Source: an uncultured Parafilimonas sp.
GTDB lineage: Bacteria; Bacteroidota; Bacteroidia; Chitinophagales; Chitinophagaceae
Direction of reading: 5' to 3'
NCBI GenBank assembly: GCA_937892395.1
Contig: CALAGJ010000111.1
Span: forward strand, 2,039 to 66,038
Length of the DNA stretch: 64,000 nt
Shown here: piece after piece, positions 47,339 through 56,234 of the stretch
How positions within the stretch are numbered: the first letter of the stretch is position 1
Layout: each line of letters opens with the position of its first letter
Program-made: the position numbers and the translations under genes
The notes under the pieces: model-generated
The model's input: the letters and a program-made list of their open reading frames with translations, nothing else
Databases searched by the model: none
Told to the model about the DNA's origin: nothing

Positions 47339-48462
47339 AACATATAATAAAATATACGCTGCTGCTATCACTTGCAGCTTGTAATAATGAAGCGGAAACA
47401 TTTAATGTAAGCGGCGTAATTGGCCATGCACCTGCTAAAACTGTGGTACTGGAGCAGTTGGCATACAACAGTCCACAACCTACCGTTATAGATTCCTCGG
47501 TAATAGATGAAAAAGGAATGTACTCACTCTCAGGAAGTAGAAAAGAAGAAGGATTGTATGTACTGAGCCTCAATAATCAGCCTGCTGTTATTTTAATTAA
47601 TGATGGTACGGATATACAGGTAAGTTTTGACATACAGCAGTTTACAAAACCAGATGTAAAAGGTTCTGCTGCCACAGAAACATTATATGATTTTATTCAT
47701 ACTTATTTCAAAAAGGATTCGATGCTTTCTGAGGTATATGCTGAAATAGATTTAAATATAAAATCTGGTGTTGAAAATGATTCGTTAAACACTGCTTTAC
47801 AGCAAAAGGGTTTGCAGCAAATGGGTGAATTGAATAAATTCATTAGGGATTTTATTGAAAAAAATGAAAGCCCCTCTGCTATATGTTTTGCTCTGGATAA
47901 AGCTCGGCAGTCTATGAGTGTAAATGAATTGGATGCATTGGTACAAAAAGCCGCAGACAGATATAAAAACCATAGCGGAATTGTATTTTTTAAAAATGCC
48001 ATTGCGCAGCAAAAACAAGCTGAAAGCAGTGCAGGCAGCAATGATTTGCTCAATCAACCGGCTCCAGATCTTACTATGAATACGCCTGATGGCAAACCCT
48101 TAAGCATAAGTAGTTTTAAGGGAAAATATGTATTGGTTGATTTTTGGGCAAGCTGGTGTGGGCCATGCAGACAAGAAAATCCAAATGTGGTAAATGCTTA
48201 CAAAAAGTACCACAGTGCTCAATTTGAGATTTTGGGTATTTCCTTAGATGAATCAGATGGCGTATGGAAGCAGGCTATAGCAAAGGATCAATTGACCTGG
48301 CCACAAATGAGTGATTTAAAAAAATGGAAGAGTGCAGCTATTGATGCATATCATTTGGATGGAATACCATTTAATGTGCTCATTAATCCGGAAGGAAAAA
48401 TCATTGCACAAAATCTGCGGGGTGCTGCATTGGATGCAACCTTGCAGAAGTATCTGAAATAA
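47335..48462 (+). CDS. TlpA-family thiol:disulfide oxidoreductase lipoprotein (thioredoxin fold, DUF4369-like N-domain)
   Basis: Has the lipobox LLLSLAACNN and the active site DFWASWCGPCRQENP. ATGA start/stop overlap with gatB. Confidence 0.88.
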   Translation: MKHIIKYTLLLSLAACNNEAETFNVSGVIGHAPAKTVVLEQLAYNSPQPTVIDSSVIDEKGMYSLSGSRKEEGLYVLSLNNQPAVILINDGTDIQVSFDIQQFTKPDVKGSAATETLYDFIHTYFKKDSMLSEVYAEIDLNIKSGVENDSLNTALQQKGLQQMGELNKFIRDFIEKNESPSAICFALDKARQSMSVNELDALVQKAADRYKNHSGIVFFKNAIAQQKQAESSAGSNDLLNQPAPDLTMNTPDGKPLSISSFKGKYVLVDFWASWCGPCRQENPNVVNAYKKYHSAQFEILGISLDESDGVWKQAIAKDQLTWPQMSDLKKWKSAAIDAYHLDGIPFNVLINPEGKIIAQNLRGAALDATLQKYLK

Positions 48463-48624
48463 AGAGTTTTTTCACATGGTGTGCTAAAGTAAGAATTGGT
48501 TCAGTTCTTGCTCTTTTAATGAATACGATTATATGTAGTTTTCTTTTTTAAAAAATTAACTCACTATCTAAAAATAAAATTTCAATTTGTGAGTTATTAG
48601 ATTGTATTGATTAAATCCATAATT

Positions 48625-49509
48625 ATGAAAAAGCATCAGTTGATACTTTCTGTTTGTTTTGTTGTTTTATTTTCTTCTTGTATCAAAGAATTAATTGAAG
48701 AAGAATTGAAGCCTACCATTGAAGACAATATACGATTTCAAAGAGAAAATTCCTTATTTGGTTTTGATGTGAATACATCAGACTGTAGAGTAGATCAATC
48801 CATAGAGAATACTGTTGACAGTTCTTTTTTTACCTATTATATGGCTGGCGGCCTCAAGCAGGTTTTAGTAGGAAAAGAAGGAAGCAAAGTAGAGTATGCA
48901 TATGATATAGATGGAAGGCTGCAGGTGGTACTCAGCTATGATGATGAGTCAAACGTAAAAAAAATGGAATTCTTTTATACTACTGATAAAAAACGTATGC
49001 GCAGAGTACTCATTTCTTCTTTTGGCTCCACATCTGGTGGAGGAATTGATACCATTTATGCCGAGTATCCTCTTAATACAAATAAGTTTATCCTATACTC
49101 TACAAAAATTAAAGAAGGAAAGAACAATGCAACTTCTGTATGTTATTTTGATGCAGATGGAAATATCAAAACAATTGAAAGAGGATTCAGAGATCCTGAT
49201 ACAAAAATTGTAGATGTGCGTACCACAGAAACATTTGAATACAATACTGCTATCATTAATCCATATTTTAATAATGTACATGCAGACTATCTTGCACTAA
49301 TGGCTACAATGCCCACAGGAGATGAAACCAATAATGCCAACTATTTTTTATCAAGAAATGTAGCTGTATCGCATACCACGTCTGCTTCTTCAAGTGTTTT
49401 CAATTTATCGAATGAAGTACTAAATGCAGATGGCACTGCTGAACAGTTGGTATATGAAGATGAACTGAATCAGGAATTGATGCTTGATTTCGTACTTAGT
49501 TGCAGATAA
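48625..49509 (+). CDS. hypothetical lipoprotein
   Basis: MKKHQLILSVCFVVLFSSC is a lipoprotein signal. I recognised no family. ATG 48625 is preferred over TTG 48607. Confidence 0.6.
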   Translation: MKKHQLILSVCFVVLFSSCIKELIEEELKPTIEDNIRFQRENSLFGFDVNTSDCRVDQSIENTVDSSFFTYYMAGGLKQVLVGKEGSKVEYAYDIDGRLQVVLSYDDESNVKKMEFFYTTDKKRMRRVLISSFGSTSGGGIDTIYAEYPLNTNKFILYSTKIKEGKNNATSVCYFDADGNIKTIERGFRDPDTKIVDVRTTETFEYNTAIINPYFNNVHADYLALMATMPTGDETNNANYFLSRNVAVSHTTSASSSVFNLSNEVLNADGTAEQLVYEDELNQELMLDFVLSCR

Positions 49510-49593
49510 ATTGATTATAATCCACAAGTCTTTTATTCTTTTATAACTGAAAGGATCCTTTTTAACTTATCAATATGATAACTGCTATGAATA

Positions 49594-50298
49594 TTACCGA
49601 ATGGTAATATCCATGTAGTGCTCGGCGTCTTTATATTGCGAATTTTTTACATTTTGTTTCCTTTGTATCTGCTTCAAAGCGTATCCAATATTTACCAATG
49701 CGCCATTTTCTCCATATTGGAAATAAATCGGACAATCAATTTTAGATATATCGGTACCCTCAGTGCAATTAATATCATCTGGGTGAGGCATTTTGGGTAA
49801 ATTATTGGAGTTTAATGGAAGATACAGATTTGGGAACTGGTCTTTCCATTGATTTACTTTTTGAGTTAAAGATTCGGAAATTATTTTATTGTGAATTGCA
49901 TCAAAATATCCTTCAAATAGATATAAGGTTTGCGAAATGATGTAAAATTTGTATCTATCTCATATCAGGAATTTTTCAATTGCAAATAACTGATTTTCTT
50001 TAAAAGATTTCATTGGCGTAGAAATGGCATTTATAAATTTAATTTTTCCCTTATTTGAATGAGCCAATGACAGAGCAAGACTTCCACCTTCACTTGGCCC
50101 ATGTATTCCAATCTTAGTAATATCAACAAAATTTTGTGATAGCTACCTGTTGCATTTAATACTTGAACTTATATTTTGTAAAATATTGTAAGCATTAGCG
50201 TATGACAACTTAATATACTAACCCTTACATTTGTATGATTTACAAAAAGACAAGCGTTTCTTTGTTATAGAGTTAATCTTTGAGACAGAATAAGTAAA
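49594..50298 (-). pseudogene. decayed alpha/beta-hydrolase (dienelactone hydrolase / peptidase S9-like) gene
   Basis: A single - strand frame reads ...SYANAYNILQNISSSIKCNR*LSQNFVDITKIGIHGPSEGGSLALSLA...FLI*DRYKF...YKDAEHYMDITIR*. It has the nucleophile elbow G-x-S-x-G (HGPSEGG) and a C-terminal His. It is interrupted by in-frame stops at 50218-50220, 50143-50145 and 49960-49962, and the N-terminus is missing. Confidence 0.7.
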
Positions 50299-50801
50299 TC
50301 TTTATGCCGTTTTACATGAAAGCATTCCCAATTTACACTTTAGGAAGTCAAATAGAAATCTGTTTTGTGTAAAATAAATGGTGAATACTTTTTTTGCGGT
50401 GATACAATTAATTCTGAATCTTATGAGTTATTTTCAATTTCCACAGTTGGTGTCAAAATATTGGTAGAAAGAGACAAGTTTTTTTAAGTTCCTATTGGAA
50501 TACAATAAGGGTTGTCAATGGCAAATGTCTATATCCGGATTTCTATTCAGGCAATTTTTGCGTACCTAATTTGAAATTGCATTGAGCGTAGAGATTGGAG
50601 CCATGATTGATTTATTTTAAAACCATTCTGAACTCAAATTATATTTTCGATAGTTTCCCATATGGAGTCTTACTCGATTTAAATGCTTATGGTTTTACCG
50701 ATAGGTGTATTCTAGTATGAACACAAAAAACATAACGCCTCGAATAAGAATTAACCAGAAAAATGAATATGTGCAGAATTTGTAAAATTTTTTGACTCTA
50801 A

Positions 50802-50831
50802 TAAAAAAAGGCTGCCCTTTTAAGACAGCCT
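50802..50831 (-). terminator. rho-independent terminator of the PPC-repeat paralog
   Basis: On the - strand, the hairpin AGGCTGTC-TTAAAAG-GGCAGCCT is followed by TTTTTTA. It begins 27 nt after the stop at 50858. Confidence 0.7.
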
Positions 50832-50857
50832 CTATTGATGATAGTAAATTCCTACAC

Positions 50858-53263
50858 TTACCTCGTTACAATAATTTTTGTATTACTTACCATACCAGCT
50901 GCATTAATCACTTGCAGGGTATATATTCCTACACTTAGCTTGCTTACATCCACCATCCGGTTGTTTAATGCAGATGAAGGCACTTGTGAAGCAGACCATA
51001 CCCATTTGCCGTAGGCATCCAAAAGCATTGCTGACAATTGTTCTTCCTTTGCTCCTTTGAGTACAATTCGAAAAACATTTACAGCAGGATTTGGAAATGC
51101 TGAAATGCTGATGTTACTTGACTTTGCCACAGCCATATCTGTGCTACTACCATAATTATTTGCTGCTATAGCCAATGAACTTGTGGTAGTAAACTGATCA
51201 ATAGCAGAGAAAGCACTTAATACATAGTTCGTGAATGTATCCACGCCAACACCTACTGCTACACGCCATTGGTAAGTAGTAGCAGCAAGCAGTCCTGAAA
51301 TGCGCAAACTATCCTTATTGCCCAATACTATTTTTTGAGACCAAGGTGTAGTACCGAGTTTGCGCCATTGTACTACATAGCCATTTGCACAACTCACACT
51401 GTTATACCTAACTGTAGCTGCTGTAGATTTGATATTTGTTTCTGATGTAGTTGTGGTGGCCGGTGGCAATAAGCTTTTTGTATTGCTTGTACCAAAAGCC
51501 GTACCTGTAGCTCCATCACCAAAGGCGGTGGCATAGTAAATACCCGGAGGTAGGTTACTGGCAGTAAATCCTGAGGTAAGGTTAGTCGTATAGGTTGCAT
51601 ATAAAGCTCCAAAGCGATACAATTTTACTGTATAAGGTGCACTGCTTCCACCACCTGTCATTTGAAGTTGTCCATTTGAACATCCATTGCTTGTAGCTGT
51701 GGTGATGGTGATATTTGCAATATTTACTTGCGTAAAAGTATTGCTGATACTATATGAGCTAAAATCAGTAAAATTGCCAGTGTAATAAGTAAATACCTTA
51801 ACATAATAATACCCTTGTGTAAGCGATGTTAGATTGATGTTTCCACTGGTACTATAGAAATAATTGGAATAGATTGGAGCAAGAGCTGTGTCTTTATACA
51901 CTTGCATCCATGTAGGAGGGGCAGATCCTATTTTTAATCGATTCTCCTGATTAAAATTAATTGTCATATTACCACTACCGGTATAGTTAATTTTGAAAAT
52001 ATCTACATTATCTCTTGACCCAGAACCATAAAAACTTATATGACCGGTTACAGAACCATTAGCAGGTATTGTTTTAGCTTGGCTGTACAATTCGTTGGGC
52101 TCAGCATCCCCAGCATTCGTATAAAAAGTACATGTATTTGAGAGTGTATAGGGGGCCCATTCAGAGGTATAATAAGTTCTAACCCTCACGTAGTAAGCAC
52201 CTTGCTTCAATCCATCAATATCCACCACAGTACCATTACCCGTGGTATAGCTACCAGTTATATAGGTAGAACCATCCGTATCAAATAATTCTGCCCACAC
52301 ATTTTGACCATTGCCTGATGCCATATTTAATTGCAATCTACCATCTGCTGTTGTTGTTATTTTATACCAATCTTCCCCATCCTTTTGATTGTTATAGTAA
52401 TAATTTACATGCCCCTGCTTGCTTCCATTTAAAGGAAGCGTGAGTGCCTGAGCTGCCGTACTATTTGGTTCTACATCATTTGATTCTGTGGCATAAAAAA
52501 CGCTATCAGACAATGTGTAGGGGGCCCATTCAGAGCCATAATAAGTTCTGACCCGCACATAGTATGTTCCTGCTGATAGGGCATCTTTATTGACTACAAA
52601 TGAAGTACCTGTTGTATAACTGCCTGCTAAAAGTGTTACCCCATCATTATCAAATAATTCTGCCCATACATTCTGACCATTTCCAGATGTCATAGTAAGG
52701 CGAATTCTGCCATCTGATGTTGTTGTTATTTTATACCAATCTGCACTATCTTTTTGGGTATTGTAATAATAGTTTATATGGCCAGTTTTTGTGGCATTGA
52801 CAGGTAATACTTTAGCTTGTGCTTTTGTTCCGTTTTGCTCCACATCATTTGCCTGTGTTGGTGAAGTGAGTGTATTAGAAATAGAATAGGCTCCTGTTTC
52901 TGTACCATAATATCCATTTACTCTGATATAATATGTACCCGCTGCAAGCCCATCTTTATTTAAGGTAAAAGTTGCAGTTGAGTAGGTTGAATTGAGCAGC
53001 GTAGTGCCATCATTATCAAAAAGATAAATCCACACATTTTGACCTGCTGGAGGTGTAAGTGAAATGCTAATTTTACCATCATTTGTGGTGATTAGCTTCC
53101 ACCAATCTTGATCACCGGCAGGGCTTAACGATCCATTATCGCTGCCATTCAACATTAGAGTATTTGCCGAATTTCGGTCATTGTTCGGTTCGGATTCTGC
53201 AAAGGCATATTGCCCGCATATCAAAACAGAAACAAAAAATAAGAGTAGGAATTTCTGTTGCAT
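50858..53263 (-). CDS. exported protein, paralog of 33262-36411: 4 tandem PPC-like domains + Cys-containing Ig-like module + Fn3 + T9SS type-A CTD
   Basis: Signal peptide MQQKFLLLFFVSVLICGQYAFA. Has four ~122-aa units (ESEPNN, DVEQNG, DVEPNS, DAEPNE). The last unit and the downstream modules are collinear with the other paralog (INYTGSGN, LTQGYYYVKV, SAPYT(V/L)(K/R)L(Y/F)RFG, TTYQWRVA). CTD: AFPNPAVNVFRI...KIIVTR. Confidence 0.85.
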   Translation of the reverse strand: MQQKFLLLFFVSVLICGQYAFAESEPNNDRNSANTLMLNGSDNGSLSPAGDQDWWKLITTNDGKISISLTPPAGQNVWIYLFDNDGTTLLNSTYSTATFTLNKDGLAAGTYYIRVNGYYGTETGAYSISNTLTSPTQANDVEQNGTKAQAKVLPVNATKTGHINYYYNTQKDSADWYKITTTSDGRIRLTMTSGNGQNVWAELFDNDGVTLLAGSYTTGTSFVVNKDALSAGTYYVRVRTYYGSEWAPYTLSDSVFYATESNDVEPNSTAAQALTLPLNGSKQGHVNYYYNNQKDGEDWYKITTTADGRLQLNMASGNGQNVWAELFDTDGSTYITGSYTTGNGTVVDIDGLKQGAYYVRVRTYYTSEWAPYTLSNTCTFYTNAGDAEPNELYSQAKTIPANGSVTGHISFYGSGSRDNVDIFKINYTGSGNMTINFNQENRLKIGSAPPTWMQVYKDTALAPIYSNYFYSTSGNINLTSLTQGYYYVKVFTYYTGNFTDFSSYSISNTFTQVNIANITITTATSNGCSNGQLQMTGGGSSAPYTVKLYRFGALYATYTTNLTSGFTASNLPPGIYYATAFGDGATGTAFGTSNTKSLLPPATTTTSETNIKSTAATVRYNSVSCANGYVVQWRKLGTTPWSQKIVLGNKDSLRISGLLAATTYQWRVAVGVGVDTFTNYVLSAFSAIDQFTTTSSLAIAANNYGSSTDMAVAKSSNISISAFPNPAVNVFRIVLKGAKEEQLSAMLLDAYGKWVWSASQVPSSALNNRMVDVSKLSVGIYTLQVINAAGMVSNTKIIVTR
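51734..53197 (-). repeat. intragenic tandem repeat: four ~366-bp units encoding PPC-like domains
   Basis: Units 2 and 3 retain long near-identical DNA stretches 369 nt apart (for example TAGGGGGCCCATTCAGAG at 52148-52165 and 52517-52534). Confidence 0.8.
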
Positions 53264-53311
53264 AATAAATAATTTTATACTGCAAAAGGAAGCCTTGTAA
53301 GAGCCTCAGGC

Positions 53312-53332
53312 AATAATCCATTTGGATAGTTT
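53312..53332 (-). promoter_or_regulatory. 21-nt element AAACTATCCAAATGGATTATT (as read on the - strand), 7-2-7 inverted heptamers; predicted NarL/LuxR-type operator, copy 1
   Basis: Identical to 55450-55470 when read toward the downstream gene. It lies 48 nt upstream of the ATG of the PPC-repeat paralog (53263, -). Confidence 0.6.
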
Positions 53333-53458
53333 TATCTCTTATCCTAAAAATGAACTTTAAAAAACTAAAACCAAAGATATCTGAGATTGTTGCTAAATTT
53401 GTGTTGGAAAGATTCGAACAGATTTTTAGCTTTTTCTTCACTAATCAGATCCCACCCA

Positions 53459-55420
53459 ATGAAAATAAAAATTGTTCTGCTTACGTTATTTTGTGCTGTG
53501 CAACTGGCTGCACAAACAACTATTACAGATAGTATTAGAAATGTAATTTTTTCGGGAAAAGATAAATCACAAAAACTATCAGCCATACTCGATTATTTGG
53601 ATCAATACCAAAGTCTAAATATAGACACCGTTTATAACTATGCACTTATAGCCATGGAAATGGCGGCTAAATCCAATGACGTTAGGAGCATGGCAAGAGC
53701 AGAACTCGCATTTGCAAATGCCTACGCTGTATGGGGCTGGGGCGATAGCGCACAGGCTGTATGTGATATGGCTTTAAAAAAATATGATGCCTCAAATGCT
53801 ATCACAAGAGATGTATATTTTAAACTATTGCGACAGAAAGCTTTGTGCTACGGAGGCGTACAAAAAAATCCGGAGGCCCTAAATATTTTGTACAAACTCT
53901 TAAATGAAACAAAGCAATACAAAGACTCCATTGCAACTGCCACCACATACAATACAATTGGTTCTGTATACTTAAATATGAGCAAACCGGATGAGGCATT
54001 GAAGTGGATCAATGCTGCATTAGTTTATGACACTAAGCATGAAAAATTTATTGCTGCTAAAGCTGCTGTTTATGTAAACTTGGCTTATTCTTATTTACTC
54101 AAAAATGATAATCAAGCAGCCAAAAAATTCATCGATAAGGCAGTACCCATTTGCCGACAGGCCCAAAATCTAAATACGCTTGCTACTGCACTCCGCATTA
54201 GTAGCATGATACTTGTAAATCTCAAAAATAATGATGCAGGAGAAGTGGATTTGAGAGAAATGGTAAAGATCAGACATGTATTAAGCAGTGGCTCCAATAT
54301 ATCTGAAGACAATCTTCAAATTGCCCATTTCTACGCCAACACAGGACAATTGAATAAAGCCATTGAGTATTGTAAGGAATGCTTAAAAAGTGGAAATGTG
54401 CAAAACAGTGCTGATACTACATCGTATTCAAATCATTTGAGTATAAAGCTGGATTATTATCAAGCACTTGCAGAATTTTATAAACAAGCTGGCAAGTCAA
54501 ATGAATACACAAATACACTTGAAGCAATCATCAATGCAAAAGATTCTTTTTATGCAGACAACAGTGCTCAAGCCATTGCAGAAATGCAGACCAAATATGA
54601 AACAGAACAAAAAGAAAAAACAATCATCCAACAGAAATATGACCTCACAAAAAAGAATGTACTGCTTTATGGTTCGGGTTTATTTTTCATACTGATTTCA
54701 ATCATCCTCTTCCAATTATTTAAATCCTATAAACGGAGGCAAAAAATAAAAATGGACATTGCGTTAGCAGAAGAGCATACTGCAAAACAGCTTGCCGTAA
54801 AAACGGCAGAAGAAAATGAACGCAAAAGAATAGCCGCAGACTTACATGATAATTTAGGTGTTCAGGCAAACGCAATTTTACACAATTCTGAACTATTGAA
54901 AAATGAATCATCTGAGCATGAAGACATTGTAGATGATTTGCACGACACGGCAAAACTCATGCTGCTCAACCTCAGAGAAACACTCTGGGCAATGAAATCA
55001 AATGACTTAGAAGCCGCAGAATTATGGCTTCGTGTCATCAGTTTTTCAAAACAAATGGGCAGACATTATGCGCAAATAAAATTTTCGATAACAGGCACTG
55101 CACCTGATCATTTTTTATTGCCTTCGGCAATGGCATTAAATATTGTAATGATTGTACAAGAAGCTGTGCACAATGCAGTCAAGCACAGTAATGCAGATAA
55201 AATTCAGCTCGCATCCAACATCGAAAATTTTTTGTGGAATATATCTGTGTCTGATAATGGCAAAGGATTTGACCTTGATACTGCCTTATCAAAAAAAAAT
55301 AGTTACGGATTAAAAAATATGATGGAGCGGGCAGCAACTTATGGACTGAAAATTGATTTCGACAAGAATGATACAACTGGGTCTATCATCAAAATTTATA
55401 TTCAAGAAAATAAAAAATAA
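53459..55420 (+). CDS. TPR-repeat sensor histidine kinase (HisKA_3 + HATPase_c, NarX/DesK-type)
   Basis: Has signal/TM MKIKIVLLTLFCAVQLAAQ, a ~370-aa TPR-like sensor region and a second TM (LLYGSGLFFILISIILFQLF). The H-box is ERKRIAADLHDNLG, and the ATPase shows QEAVHNAVKHS and DNGKGFD...GLKNMMERA. The start is set at ATG 53459. Confidence 0.88.
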   Translation: MKIKIVLLTLFCAVQLAAQTTITDSIRNVIFSGKDKSQKLSAILDYLDQYQSLNIDTVYNYALIAMEMAAKSNDVRSMARAELAFANAYAVWGWGDSAQAVCDMALKKYDASNAITRDVYFKLLRQKALCYGGVQKNPEALNILYKLLNETKQYKDSIATATTYNTIGSVYLNMSKPDEALKWINAALVYDTKHEKFIAAKAAVYVNLAYSYLLKNDNQAAKKFIDKAVPICRQAQNLNTLATALRISSMILVNLKNNDAGEVDLREMVKIRHVLSSGSNISEDNLQIAHFYANTGQLNKAIEYCKECLKSGNVQNSADTTSYSNHLSIKLDYYQALAEFYKQAGKSNEYTNTLEAIINAKDSFYADNSAQAIAEMQTKYETEQKEKTIIQQKYDLTKKNVLLYGSGLFFILISIILFQLFKSYKRRQKIKMDIALAEEHTAKQLAVKTAEENERKRIAADLHDNLGVQANAILHNSELLKNESSEHEDIVDDLHDTAKLMLLNLRETLWAMKSNDLEAAELWLRVISFSKQMGRHYAQIKFSITGTAPDHFLLPSAMALNIVMIVQEAVHNAVKHSNADKIQLASNIENFLWNISVSDNGKGFDLDTALSKKNSYGLKNMMERAATYGLKIDFDKNDTTGSIIKIYIQENKK

Positions 55421-55449
55421 GCTTTTAAAAAGTCAGTTTAAAATAACAT

Positions 55450-55470
55450 AAACTATCCAAATGGATTATT
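55450..55470 (+). promoter_or_regulatory. 21-nt element AAACTATCCAAATGGATTATT, copy 2 (predicted NarL/LuxR-type operator)
   Basis: Lies 44 nt upstream of the response-regulator ATG (55515) and about 20 nt upstream of a near-consensus -7 box, GATATTTG (55492-55499). Confidence 0.6.
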
Positions 55471-55514
55471 ATTCATAGTTTCACAATGTTTGATATTTGC
55501 TTTAAAATAAAAAT

Positions 55515-56180
55515 ATGATTCGTACTGCCATTGTAGATGATAAATTGAGCAACCGTACTGTATTAAAAGATAAAGTGAGTCGCAATTCATTTTTCAATAT
55601 TGTGTTGGAAGCTACAAACGGAAGCACTTTTTTAGACAGTATGAAAAAATTGTCGGAAGATGATTTGCCACATATAGTTTTAATGGATATCGAAATGCCG
55701 GAAATGGATGGAGTGGCTGCTATTGGTACGGCGTCGTCTTTATATCCTTCTGTAAAGTTTGTGGTGCTGAGCATTTTTGATGATGATGATAAAATATTCA
55801 GGGCCATAAAAGCAGGTGCATGTGGTTATATATTAAAGGAAGAAAGCGGTACCGTCATCTCAGAAATGCTCCTCAATTTATGGGAAAGTGGCGCAGGCCC
55901 CATATCGCCAAGCATTGCCTATAAAATTTTACAAATGGTTAAAAAACCATTAACCATAAAAGAAGAAAACATAGCGGCGCAAGAGGTATTTCATTTATCT
56001 GAAAGAGAAAGAGAAATATTACAACTGTTGAGTCAGGGTTTGGAGTATAAAGAAATTGGCAACAGTATATTCATTAGCCCAAATACGGTAAAAAAACATT
56101 GTATCAATATTTATCATAAACTACATGTAAATAGTAAGGCCCAGGCTTTGAGAATTGCATATACAAAGGGTTTGATATAA
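55515..56180 (+). CDS. two-component response regulator, NarL/FixJ (LuxR-type HTH) family
   Basis: Has a receiver domain (IRTAIVDD...IVLMDIEMPEMDG) and a C-terminal LuxR HTH (LSEREREILQLLSQGLEYKEIGNSIFISPNTVKKHCINIYHKL). Confidence 0.92.
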   Translation: MIRTAIVDDKLSNRTVLKDKVSRNSFFNIVLEATNGSTFLDSMKKLSEDDLPHIVLMDIEMPEMDGVAAIGTASSLYPSVKFVVLSIFDDDDKIFRAIKAGACGYILKEESGTVISEMLLNLWESGAGPISPSIAYKILQMVKKPLTIKEENIAAQEVFHLSEREREILQLLSQGLEYKEIGNSIFISPNTVKKHCINIYHKLHVNSKAQALRIAYTKGLI

Positions 56181-56207
56181 ATACTACATTCAGAATATAA
56201 TACCTGT

Positions 56208-56215
56208 TAGATTTG
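56208..56215 (+). promoter_or_regulatory. candidate -7 box (TAGATTTG) for the DoxX gene
   Basis: TAnnTTTG match 19 nt upstream of ATG 56235. Confidence 0.35.
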
Positions 56216-56234
56216 CGTCTTACTGCATGTAATC

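Noticed and set aside
53178-53586. Three small ORFs (60-87 aa, both strands) in the divergent region between the PPC paralog and the TPR kinase, and the 24-codon extension of the kinase ORF (53387)
   Set aside because: They overlap each other, the 5' end of the PPC gene and the predicted operator. ATG 53459 gives a proper signal/TM start (MKIKIVLLTLFCAVQLAAQ). None has protein-like composition.
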